From NCBI GenBank assembly GCA_963793875.1, contig CAWCBS010000007.1, forward strand, positions 23,489-87,488: a stretch of 64,000 bases of DNA, in the 5' to 3' direction. The stretch comes from an uncultured Chloroflexia bacterium (GTDB lineage Bacteria > Chloroflexota > Dormibacteria > Aeolococcales > Aeolococcaceae). Below the pieces are notes generated by a model. The model saw nothing but the letters and a program-made list of their open reading frames with translations, was not told the DNA's origin and searched no databases. How positions within the stretch are numbered: position 1 is the stretch's first letter; every line of letters starts with the position of its first letter. The position numbers and the translations under genes were made by a program. Positions 17,663 through 26,388 of this stretch are shown here, piece by piece.

Positions 17663-19030
17663 ATGCTGACATCCGCGTCCGCGCCGCCGGCGGCCCGCAC
17701 CCGCGAGCTGATCGCACGGGAGAAGGCGTCGTTTCGCGCTCATCGCACCGTTTCGCTCGAGATGTGGCGCACCGCCACGGAGCACATCCCCGGCGGCGTG
17801 GCCAGCTCCTTCCAGGACAAGCCACCCCAGCCGGTGTTTATCGACCGGGGCCAGGGCAGCCGGGTCTGGGACGTGGACGGCAACGAGTACGTCGACTTCC
17901 ACAACGGCTTTGGGGTGATGCTGGTCGGCCACGCCCACCCCACCGTGGTCGCCGCGGTGGGGAGGCAGCTCGCGCGCGGCACCCATTTCGCCCAGCCGGT
18001 GGCCGAGGACGCGGTGGTCGCCGAGGAGCTGAGCCGCCGCTTCGGTCAGCCCCAGTGGCGCTTCACCAACAGCGGCACCGAGTCCACCCTGGATGCGGTG
18101 CGGATCGCCCGCGGCTTCACCGGGCGGGATCGCATCGTCAAGATCGAGGCCTCATATCACGGCCACCACGACGCCGTGCTGGTCTCCGTGGAGCCCCCCG
18201 CCGCCCGGATGGGACCAGTGGAGGCGCCGGTGTCGGTGCCGATGTGCGAGGGCATCCCGGATTCGACCGTGGAGCTCACCAGCGTGGTGCCCTTCAACGA
18301 CCTGGAGGCCCTGGGGCGCGTCTTCGCCCGCCACCCCGACGTCGCCGCGGTCATCCTCGAGCCGGTGATGATGAACATCGGCATCGTCTTCCCCGATCCC
18401 GACTACCTCACCGGGGTGGTGGAGCTGGCCCACCGGCATGGGGCGCTGGTCATCTTCGACGAGGTCAAGACCGGGGTGACCATCGCCCCGGGCGGGGCCA
18501 GCCAGCGCTTCGGCGTGGTCCCCGACCTGGTCTGCCTGGCCAAGGCCATCGGCGGTGGCCTTCCCTGCGGCGCGGTCGGCGGGCGGGCCGACGTGATGCG
18601 CACCATCAGCGACGGCCGGGTCGCCCAGCTGGGGACGTTCAACGGCAACCCGCTGACCATGGCGGCCTCGCGGGCGACCCTCTGCGAGGTGCTCACCCCC
18701 TCCGCCTACGCCCATTTCGACGCCCTCGCCGAGGAGCTCGGGGGGGAGCTCAACGCCGTGATCGACGAGCACCGCCTCCCCTACCACGTGGTCATCGCCG
18801 CCTCCCGCGGCTGCATCACGTACCGGAGCGAGCCGGTGCGCAGCTACCGCGACTACCTCGAGATTGACCCTTCGATGGCCTACCTCTCCTGGCTCTACCA
18901 GTCCAATCGGGGGGTCCTCATGGCCCCCGGGGCGGAGGAGAACTGGACGCTCTCGGTGCAGCACTCGGTGGAGGACGTGCGCCGGTACTCCGACAACTTC
19001 CGCGCCCTGGCCGAGGAGCTGACGGCCTGA
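17663..19030 (+). CDS. class III aminotransferase / glutamate-1-semialdehyde aminomutase-like
   Basis: IPGGVASSFQDKPPQPVFIDRGQGSRVWDVDGNEYVDF..., NSGTESTLDAVRIARGFTGRDRIVKIEASYHGHHD, VIFDEVKTG. Confidence 0.87.
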   Translation: MLTSASAPPAARTRELIAREKASFRAHRTVSLEMWRTATEHIPGGVASSFQDKPPQPVFIDRGQGSRVWDVDGNEYVDFHNGFGVMLVGHAHPTVVAAVGRQLARGTHFAQPVAEDAVVAEELSRRFGQPQWRFTNSGTESTLDAVRIARGFTGRDRIVKIEASYHGHHDAVLVSVEPPAARMGPVEAPVSVPMCEGIPDSTVELTSVVPFNDLEALGRVFARHPDVAAVILEPVMMNIGIVFPDPDYLTGVVELAHRHGALVIFDEVKTGVTIAPGGASQRFGVVPDLVCLAKAIGGGLPCGAVGGRADVMRTISDGRVAQLGTFNGNPLTMAASRATLCEVLTPSAYAHFDALAEELGGELNAVIDEHRLPYHVVIAASRGCITYRSEPVRSYRDYLEIDPSMAYLSWLYQSNRGVLMAPGAEENWTLSVQHSVEDVRRYSDNFRALAEELTA

Positions 19031-19428
19031 GACGGCCGGCCGTTCGCACCCCGAACGACTGATCCCATCACCCCCCAGAGCCGGTTGGCCCGCGGAGAGC
19101 AGCCGGCCGTCGTGCCGCCAATCGCTCTGCCGACATGAACCCTGGCCTCACCGATGTCTCATCGCTGGTGCTCGCCGATCACCTCGGCGTCATCGACGTC
19201 GCCAGCCTGGACGAGCGGTGCTTCCGCGCGGTGCGGCCTCTGACCCGCTCCCTTGCCTTCCGCCTCCTGCCCAGCGGTGGCTGGCCGAAGACCAGACCCG
19301 GAGGAGGCCGGGTCGGTCGATGCCATCGATTCCTGGGTCGCCGGAACGGTGGACCGGCTCAGGCGATCGCCATGGTTGGCCGGAACATCACGAAGACGTG
19401 GCTCCGGCCGGTAATCTCCACACCATCC

Positions 19429-20895
19429 TCATCCCCTGGCCGGTTGGCCAGCCGCCAGTACCTGAGCGCGCAGCGTCTTGAGCGCAGGGACGAAGATCTC
19501 CGCGAAGGTGGGGAACGGCTGGATGGTGTCCCTCAGGACCTCGAGGGGTACGTGCGCCCGGATCGCCAGGGTGGCCTGCTGCATCCACTCACCAGCCTCG
19601 GGACCGAGGGCGTACGCACCGACCAAGCGCTCACCGTCGCTCAGGAGTGTCAGGAAGCCATTGGCCTGGGCGTACGCCCGGGTGTAGGTGGCGGTCTTGG
19701 CCACGTCCGCGATCCGCGCCGTCGCACTGAAGGGGGCATCGGAAGCGCCCACTGAGGCGGCCTGCGGATCCGTGTAGACGACTGAGGGCACCGCCTCGTA
19801 GTTGGCCTGGCGGCTCTCGCCGGCGATGTTGGCGGCGACGACCTCACCCTGGTACTTGCCGATGTGGGTCAGCAAGCGCACCCCGGTCACATCACCGATC
19901 GCCCACAGGCCCTCGGCGGCGCGCAGGTGACTGTCCACCGGAATCCCGCGCGCATTCGCCGTGACCCCGACCGTCTCCAGGCCGAGCCCATCCACCCGGG
20001 GGCGCCGACCCGTCGCCACCAGCAGCTGGTCGCCGCGCACCTCGCGGCCGTCGTCGAGGGCGAGCACATAGTCGTCACCCTCCCGCCGTGCGGCGGCGGC
20101 GCGCACACCGAGGAGCAGCTCGACACCATCGTCCCCCAAGACCTTGCTGAGGGCATCACCCAGCGGTGCCGGCTCTCGTCCGAGCAGCCGCTGCCCAGCC
20201 TCGATCACGGCCACCTGGCCGCCGAGACGGCGCACGACCTGGGCCATCTCAACTCCCACCGGCCCGCCGCCGAGCACCAGCAGTCGCCGCGGGACTGCCC
20301 GCATGCCGGTGGCGTCGCGGTTCGTCCAGACGCCTTCCAGCTGAGCCAGACCTGGGATCGGCGGCATGATCGGGTCCGAACCCGTTGCGATGACCACGTG
20401 GCTCGCGGAGTGATGGACACCCTCCACCTCCACCTGCCCAGCTCCGGTGAGGCGTCCGGTGCCGCGCAGCAGGTCGATTCCCTTGCTCGCCAGCCATCGC
20501 TCCTGGCCGGCGTCTGAGTAGTTCGAAACCATGAAGTCTCGCCAGGCGAACACCGCGGCGGCGTCCAGCTCAGCGGCGGCTCCGGCCTCACGGGCTTCAT
20601 GGACAGCCTCGCCGGGGCGCAGCAGCGTCTTCGACGGGATGCACGCCCAGTACGAGCACTCCCCCCCCACCAGTTCGCGCTCGACGAGAGCGACCCGCAG
20701 CCCCAGATCCGCCAGCTCTCCGGCGCAGTGCTCACCCGGAGAGCCACCGCCCACGACGATGACGTCATAGCTGCTCACGCGCTTCCTCCACTGCCACAGC
20801 AAGACCACTCCACCCGGGTTCGGCGACCCGGCATGCGACTGATGACTTCCTGAACGAACCCGGCATTGCGGTTCGGATCGCTGGACGACAGACAC
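19429..20895 (-). CDS. dihydrolipoyl dehydrogenase-like pyridine nucleotide-disulfide oxidoreductase
   Basis: FAD-binding N-terminus, redox motif GGECSYWACIPSKTLLRP, NAD-binding GGGPVGVEMAQ. Confidence 0.85.
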   Translation of the reverse strand: MSVVQRSEPQCRVRSGSHQSHAGSPNPGGVVLLWQWRKRVSSYDVIVVGGGSPGEHCAGELADLGLRVALVERELVGGECSYWACIPSKTLLRPGEAVHEAREAGAAAELDAAAVFAWRDFMVSNYSDAGQERWLASKGIDLLRGTGRLTGAGQVEVEGVHHSASHVVIATGSDPIMPPIPGLAQLEGVWTNRDATGMRAVPRRLLVLGGGPVGVEMAQVVRRLGGQVAVIEAGQRLLGREPAPLGDALSKVLGDDGVELLLGVRAAAARREGDDYVLALDDGREVRGDQLLVATGRRPRVDGLGLETVGVTANARGIPVDSHLRAAEGLWAIGDVTGVRLLTHIGKYQGEVVAANIAGESRQANYEAVPSVVYTDPQAASVGASDAPFSATARIADVAKTATYTRAYAQANGFLTLLSDGERLVGAYALGPEAGEWMQQATLAIRAHVPLEVLRDTIQPFPTFAEIFVPALKTLRAQVLAAGQPARG

Positions 20896-21326
20896 GAGCC
20901 GTGGCTCCCGGGATCGGCTGCTGGGCCCGGTGCCCGGGCCGTCGTCCGGGCGCGGTAAAGGACGCCTCCGGTGTCATGAAACCCCTCAGCCCACCTCGAC
21001 CGCCGCCCATCAGGTGCCGCCGGGCGCGGTCGATTGAGGGCGACCCTGAGCCGTCGCCGCGCGACACCGCTGCCCAAGATGATCGAGCATGCCGAACCGG
21101 GCGGCGCCAGCTGGACGACGCCAAATGCACCGCCGTGCCCGGTCTGCATCAGCCACGGGGACGCCCATCACCTCGAGCCTCCTCTCCACCGCCTACCGCC
21201 GCCCCGCCCCAGGCAGGCCCCGCCATCCCGCCTCACCGCAGTCGATCCTGGTGCGCAGATTAGCGCCTCGTCCTGGGGCGCACCAGCCGGGATCCGAGCC
21301 AGGCGGCAGTAGGATTCCTGCTACCG

Positions 21327-21743
21327 ATGAGGCTGGATGGGCAGGCCACGGAGCGTGACGCCAGGATCCGCGCCCGGCTGGAGGAGCACTGGAAAGCCTC
21401 CGACCGCGGGGAGACCGACACCGAGCACGCCATCTATGCCGCGGACGCGATCCTTGACTATCCGCAGTCAGGAGAGCGCTTCCGGGGCCGGTCAAAGATC
21501 GAGGCGCAGCGGGGCGGGCACCCGGCCGAACGCCGCTTCACCGTCCTGCGGATCCGGGGCAGCGGCGATCTCTGGGTGAGCGAGTGCGTGATCACCTACG
21601 ACAAGGTGCCCACCTACTCGGTGAGCGTCATGGAGTTCGCCGGCGATCTGGTGACCCACGAGAGCCAGTACTTCGCCGACCCCTTCGAGGCGCCCTCCTG
21701 GCGAGCGGCGTTGGCCGAGACGATCCCGGCCCCCGATCCATGA
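21327..21743 (+). CDS. SnoaL/NTF2-like family protein
   Basis: 138 aa; DAILDYPQSGERFRGRSKIE, YFADPFEAPSWRAALAE. Confidence 0.7.
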   Translation: MRLDGQATERDARIRARLEEHWKASDRGETDTEHAIYAADAILDYPQSGERFRGRSKIEAQRGGHPAERRFTVLRIRGSGDLWVSECVITYDKVPTYSVSVMEFAGDLVTHESQYFADPFEAPSWRAALAETIPAPDP

Positions 21744-21880
21744 CCTCGCGCGGCCGCAGGGCGAGGGACCGCATCGCGCGTGCCCCTGCGCTCAAGGCCG
21801 GGAGGCGGGATCCCTCCCCCTCACCGGTCAGGGATTGCCGCCCCGCCCTGGTTCCATGGGTGAACCCGGCCGCGGGGGTG

Positions 21881-21930
21881 GGCGAACCAACCCGGATTCC
21901 CTTGCTACTCCCTGAGTGACGGACCCAACC
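21881..21930 (+). promoter_or_regulatory. Candidate ECF promoter/5' element, copy A
   Basis: GGCGAACCAACCCGGATTCCCTTGCTACTCCCTGAGTGACGGACCCAACC; 40/50 identical to 22701-22750. Confidence 0.6.
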
Positions 21931-21945
21931 ACGAGCGAGGCGGCC

Positions 21946-22350
21946 ATGGCCAAGATCGAGATCACCCCCACCTCCCTGGTCGTCCACATCGAGGGCTTCG
22001 ACCGCTTTCTGGCGCTCATCTCCGGCCTCTCCGGCGGGGTCAAGGCCCGGCTGGAGGTTCCCCTGGCGCATGTCGCCGGGGTCGACACCTCGGTTCCCGA
22101 GGCCCGTCAGACCTGGAAGGGCTGGACCGTCGCCGCGCTGAGCGTGCCCCACTCGGTCACCGTCGGCCGCCTGATCCACGTCTTCGGGGAGCGCCGCGGC
22201 GAATGGTCCTTCTGGGACGTCACCGATCCCGACAAGGCGATCGCCATTCACCTCCACGACGAGCACTACGCCAGGCTCGTGATCGGGGTCGACGATCCGT
22301 CCGGGGTGGCGGCGGAGATCCACCAGGCCGTCGCGGCGGCGGCGCGGTAG
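21946..22350 (+). CDS. hypothetical protein (PH-like)
   Basis: ATG at 21946; KIEITPTSLVVHIEGFDRFLALISG...; preceded by shared 50-bp motif. Confidence 0.65.
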   Translation: MAKIEITPTSLVVHIEGFDRFLALISGLSGGVKARLEVPLAHVAGVDTSVPEARQTWKGWTVAALSVPHSVTVGRLIHVFGERRGEWSFWDVTDPDKAIAIHLHDEHYARLVIGVDDPSGVAAEIHQAVAAAAR

Positions 22351-22358
22351 GCCGTCTC

Positions 22359-22547
22359 ATGGTGCGGCGTCGGACGCTCGGAGTGCCGGCCTTCACCACG
22401 GTCGTCGGAAGTGCGGCCCTGGTGGTGGCGATTCTCGAAGTGGTGCTCGTCCGCCTCGGGCTGGTGCCGGTGATCGACGTCGTCCTGGGCCTGATCGCCG
22501 CCTGGGTGGTGGTGACGCTCGTCGCCAGCTGGCTGACCCGCGGTTGA
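22359..22547 (+). CDS. small membrane protein
   Basis: Two predicted TM segments; 62 aa; immediately downstream of the previous gene. Confidence 0.5.
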   Translation: MVRRRTLGVPAFTTVVGSAALVVAILEVVLVRLGLVPVIDVVLGLIAAWVVVTLVASWLTRG

Positions 22548-22700
22548 TGCGCCACCACCCCGCCCGCGCCGCGCGGCCATCACCGCGTGGTGCGGGCATG
22601 CTCTACCCTCGGGGTGCTGGCGGCCGGGCTCCGCTGGGTCCCGAGGAGGCGTATGGCGCCGCTCTGGCGGGGTGCCATCCGGACCCTCGCTGCGGGGATC

Positions 22701-22750
22701 GGCGAACCAAACCGGCCTTCAGAGCCACTCCATGAGTGATGGACCCAACC
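22701..22750 (+). promoter_or_regulatory. Candidate ECF promoter/5' element, copy B (upstream of sigma gene)
   Basis: GGCGAACCAAACCGGCCTTCAGAGCCACTCCATGAGTGATGGACCCAACC. Confidence 0.6.
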
Positions 22751-22785
22751 TCCCGCCGCGATCGTCGTTGAAGGTGGTGCCTCGG

Positions 22786-23385
22786 ATGACCACCAGCAAC
22801 GATCTGCCGATGGGGTTCTCCGCAAGCGCGGAAATCGAGGAGGACCCCGACCTCGCCCTGCTGCGCCGGATCGCGACCGGCGATCAGAGGGCGATCGAGG
22901 AGCTGTACGGCCGCCACAGCCGGCTCCTGCTCGGCCAGCTTCAGTTCATGGTCGGCCAACCGGCCCTCGCGGAGGAGATCCTCCAGGACACCATGCTCGC
23001 CGTCTGGAGGGGAGCGCGCACCTTCCGGGGCGGCTCGCGGGTGCGCACCTGGTTGCTCGGCATCGCGCGGCGGCAGGCCCGCGACCGGATGCGGCGGCAG
23101 CGGCCCGTGCCCCTGGCGGACTCCGAACTGGCCCAGCGGCCCAGCCCGAACCCCGGTCCCGAGGCGGTGGCCGTCGAGCGGGCCGAGGTTCGGCGGATGG
23201 TGGCCGCGCTCAGCACGCTGACATTTCCGCACCGGGAGGTCTTGGGCCTGGTCTTCGGAGCGGACCTCGGCCTCGCCGAGGTCGCTCGGATCCTGGAGGT
23301 CCCCCTGGGGACCGTCAAGAGCCGGCTTCACGCGGCGCGTGCCGCGCTCAGCCGGGCCATGAACGAGAAAGGTACGAACGAATGA
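22786..23385 (+). CDS. ECF-family RNA polymerase sigma factor
   Basis: Region 2 (ALAEEILQDTMLAVWRG) and region 4 (LGLAEVARILEVPLGTVKSRLHAAR). Confidence 0.92.
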   Translation: MTTSNDLPMGFSASAEIEEDPDLALLRRIATGDQRAIEELYGRHSRLLLGQLQFMVGQPALAEEILQDTMLAVWRGARTFRGGSRVRTWLLGIARRQARDRMRRQRPVPLADSELAQRPSPNPGPEAVAVERAEVRRMVAALSTLTFPHREVLGLVFGADLGLAEVARILEVPLGTVKSRLHAARAALSRAMNEKGTNE

Positions 23386-24461
23386 AGACCGAGACACGTC
23401 ATCTCACCATCGAACAGCTCCTCTCCGTCGCGGGCGGCCAGGACCTGGACGGGGAGGCGGCTGCCCATCTGGGGGCCTGCACGGCGTGCAGCGTTGAGGT
23501 GGCTCAATGGACGGCGATCGCGGGCGGTGTCCGCCAGGTCACGGCCGGGGTCGAGCCGCCTCCGTGGTCGCCGCAGCCATCTCTGCTGGAAGCCCAGAAG
23601 GGACCAGGCTGGGGGGAGCGGCTTCGGGATGCGGTGCGCGCATCGATCGGGCCGCGGCGCCGGCTGATCGCCGCGTTCACCGCCACCGCCCTGGTCGCCG
23701 CCGCCGCCGTCTCGTATGGCGTGGTCGTCCTGAGCGGAGCCGGCCGCACGCCGGGCCCGACGGTCTCCCCGGGCTCGAGCGGCAGCGCGCGACTCGTGGT
23801 GCTGGACAGCGTGCAGGCGACGACGGCCCAGTCCTACGACGCCACCTTCAGCTTCAGCGAGACCACCAGCTATGGCCCCTACGGCCAGACGCCGACCACC
23901 GTCACCCTGCCCCTTCAGATCCAGGCCGAGAGCTCAACGCGGGAGCAGACGACCGTCATCGGGACCGTGGCCGGGACGCCGGTCGACGTGGTGACGATCA
24001 CCTACGACGGCACCGCTTACCAGTCCACCGACGGCGGCGGCACTTTCCGGACCGAGCCCCTCTCCGCAGCCAATCAGTACGGCATCCAGAACGAGCTGCA
24101 ACTGCTGCAGTCGGTGGGGACCGTGAGCGACCAGGGATCGGGGACGGCTGACGGCGTGGCCGTGGAGAGGTATCACGCCCTGATCGACCCGGCCAAGATC
24201 CAGAAGGAGCTGATCTCGCTCCTCCCGGACGTCAGCGGGCAGGCTCGGAACGTCCTCAGCGCGGTGACCATCACCGCCGCGACCGTGGACGTGACCATCG
24301 ACGGCTCGGGCCGCATCGTCACCCTGAATTCCGACCTGACCGCCTCCGTCAACGGGTCGGCGCTCGGTATCTCCGGGAACCCCACCGTTCACGAGACCTG
24401 GTCGGGGCAGTTCTTCAACTACGGCGCCAACATCGTGGTGCAGCCTCCCCCCACCAGCTGA
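23382..24461 (+). CDS. putative anti-sigma factor (zinc-binding N-terminus, TM, extracytoplasmic domain)
   Basis: ATGA overlap with sigma gene; HLGACTACSVEV; TM segment; extracytoplasmic C-terminus. Confidence 0.8.
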   Translation: MKTETRHLTIEQLLSVAGGQDLDGEAAAHLGACTACSVEVAQWTAIAGGVRQVTAGVEPPPWSPQPSLLEAQKGPGWGERLRDAVRASIGPRRRLIAAFTATALVAAAAVSYGVVVLSGAGRTPGPTVSPGSSGSARLVVLDSVQATTAQSYDATFSFSETTSYGPYGQTPTTVTLPLQIQAESSTREQTTVIGTVAGTPVDVVTITYDGTAYQSTDGGGTFRTEPLSAANQYGIQNELQLLQSVGTVSDQGSGTADGVAVERYHALIDPAKIQKELISLLPDVSGQARNVLSAVTITAATVDVTIDGSGRIVTLNSDLTASVNGSALGISGNPTVHETWSGQFFNYGANIVVQPPPTS

Positions 24462-24602
24462 GCCTCCAACCGGCTCACGCAGGCCGGGCCGGGCCCGGCC
24501 TGCGGAGCTGAGCCCGGGCCTCGATGGCGGCCAGGCGACCCCGACCGGACCGGGGCGCAGCTCGACGGATGGCCGGCCGCCGCCCCGGGGTGGATGGCCG
24601 GC

Positions 24603-24965
24603 TCACTGGCGGTTCATGGACACCATGGTCTGCGCACAGCCAGCGCAGACGGCCAGGCCGGCTCTCACGGCCAGGGCGGTACAGGGAACGAAGGGTGGTC
24701 CCTGCTCCGGCGCATCGCTCCTGCCGCAGAAGGCGCAGGTCACGGTTCCCAGATCGGCTCGAGAGAAGGCGGAGGCACCCGCCGCGATGGGAGTGGCAGC
24801 GTCGGGACTGGCCAGGAGCGCAGCCGCCTCCTCGACGCAGTCGGCGCAGATGACGAGCCTCTCCCGTGGCCCCTCGGGTCCAGCCCCCTGGCCGGTGATC
24901 AGCCTCGCTCTCCCTCCGCAGAAGGTGCACGTCTCGCGGCGAACCGGCTCCGGCACGACGTGCAT
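24603..24965 (-). CDS. small protein with two ClpX-type C4 zinc fingers
   Basis: CTFCGG...VICADCVEEA and CAFCGRSD...AVCAGC. Confidence 0.7.
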   Translation of the reverse strand: MHVVPEPVRRETCTFCGGRARLITGQGAGPEGPRERLVICADCVEEAAALLASPDAATPIAAGASAFSRADLGTVTCAFCGRSDAPEQGPPFVPCTALAVRAGLAVCAGCAQTMVSMNRQ

Positions 24966-25076
24966 TCTGGAGGGTGAGCGGTCCGCGCTTCAGAGGCTCA
25001 GGCGAACAGCGGCCGGACTCGACGCCGTCCCCGAGCGGGCCTCCTCAAACTAGCGCACGGCGGCCGCCCGGGAGGC

Positions 25077-25895
25077 TCAGCGCGGTGCTGGCCCACCGGC
25101 GAGGCTGCGTTGCCAGAGGTCGAGGGTCCGTTCGAAGTGGCGCTCGCAGGCGTCGTGATCGTAGACGGGGAGGTCTGCCATGGCGAAGCCGTGCGAGGTG
25201 CCTGGCAACCGCTCCACCACGCCCCGGACGCCCCGCCGCTTCAGCTCCTCACGAAACCGGTCGACGAGCTCCGGGGTGGCCGAGCGGTCGTTCTCTGCGA
25301 AGGCGAAGTAGAGCTCACCGCGCACCCCGGCCAGGTCGTGGTGGGGGGAATCGGGCGCCTCGGTGACCAGGGCGCCGGGGTGGATGCCCGCCGCGGCGAC
25401 AACCTGGCCGGCGAGCGCGGAGGCCGCGTGGAGCGCCAGGCGCCCGCCCATGCAGTAGCCGACGCAGACCTTGGGCCCCTGGCTGGCCATGGGATCCGGA
25501 TCGATCGCTGCCAGGACGGCCTCGGTGTCGGCGATCACCGCGTCGGGCGTCACGCTCCGCACCACGGCCATCAGACGCTCCGCCGCCGGCCCCGCCATTC
25601 CCTCCGCGGCCAGCTTGGCCATGTCGAAGGTCAGCCCCTTGCCGGAGCGGTAGAAGAGATCCGGCGCCACGCAGTAGTAGCCGTCGGCAGCGAACCGGCG
25701 CGCGTTCTTCTTCACCTGATCGCGGTAGCCGATCCCGTCCATGTACAGCACCGCGACCGGGTAGGGCCCCTCGCCATCGGGGTGAACGACGAAGGTGGTC
25801 ATCTCTCCGTCGGGTGTGCGCACCCCGATCTCCCTCTCGCCCACGGGCCTCACTCCTTCTGGGCCCTCGCCGGTGAGGGCCCCGCCAGCCTCCAA
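25077..25895 (-). CDS. dienelactone hydrolase family protein
   Basis: VCVGYCMGGRLALHAASA nucleophile motif, PGTSHGFAM. Confidence 0.88.
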   Translation of the reverse strand: MEAGGALTGEGPEGVRPVGEREIGVRTPDGEMTTFVVHPDGEGPYPVAVLYMDGIGYRDQVKKNARRFAADGYYCVAPDLFYRSGKGLTFDMAKLAAEGMAGPAAERLMAVVRSVTPDAVIADTEAVLAAIDPDPMASQGPKVCVGYCMGGRLALHAASALAGQVVAAAGIHPGALVTEAPDSPHHDLAGVRGELYFAFAENDRSATPELVDRFREELKRRGVRGVVERLPGTSHGFAMADLPVYDHDACERHFERTLDLWQRSLAGGPAPR

Positions 25896-25980
25896 GTATC
25901 CTCAGCTGCACGGCTCGAGACCAGGCTTGGGCCGCCGGACGAACGCCACGACGGCTGCCAGCCTCTGAGGAGGGCGAGCG

Positions 25981-26370
25981 ATGGGGACGCGGCACATCAA
26001 CCCGGCGGGGCTGCATCGCAGCCCGGCCTTCAGCCAGGCCGTCGTGGTCGAGCAGCCGGTGAAGACGATCTACATCGGTGGGCAGAACGGCGTCGACGCC
26101 GACGGGAAGGTGGTTGGGCCCACGGTCCGCGAGCAGACCGGCCAGGCGCTCCGCAACCTGGCGACGATCCTGGCGAGCGAGGGCGCAAGCCTGGCCAACA
26201 TCGTGCACTGGTCGATCGCGGTGGTGGACGGCCACCCTTTGGAGGAGGGCGTGGCCGCCTTCCAAAGGGCATGGAACCCGGCCGACCCACCGCCGGCCAT
26301 CACCGTCCACGTGGTCGCCGGCCTGGGGCCCGGGTACCTCGTCGAGATCGACGCCGTCGCCGTCATCTGA
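25981..26370 (+). CDS. RidA/YjgF family protein
   Basis: Family-typical IYIGGQNGVDADGKVVG...QALRNLATILASEGASLANIV. Confidence 0.88.
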   Translation: MGTRHINPAGLHRSPAFSQAVVVEQPVKTIYIGGQNGVDADGKVVGPTVREQTGQALRNLATILASEGASLANIVHWSIAVVDGHPLEEGVAAFQRAWNPADPPPAITVHVVAGLGPGYLVEIDAVAVI

Positions 26371-26388
26371 CCGGCTTCCCCGGCCACG

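Noticed and set aside
17663-19030. This gene as the missing LysJ of the lysine pathway
   Set aside because: Sequence looks glutamate-1-semialdehyde aminomutase-like, is 30 kb away and sits next to an unrelated amino acid permease; no support for the assignment.
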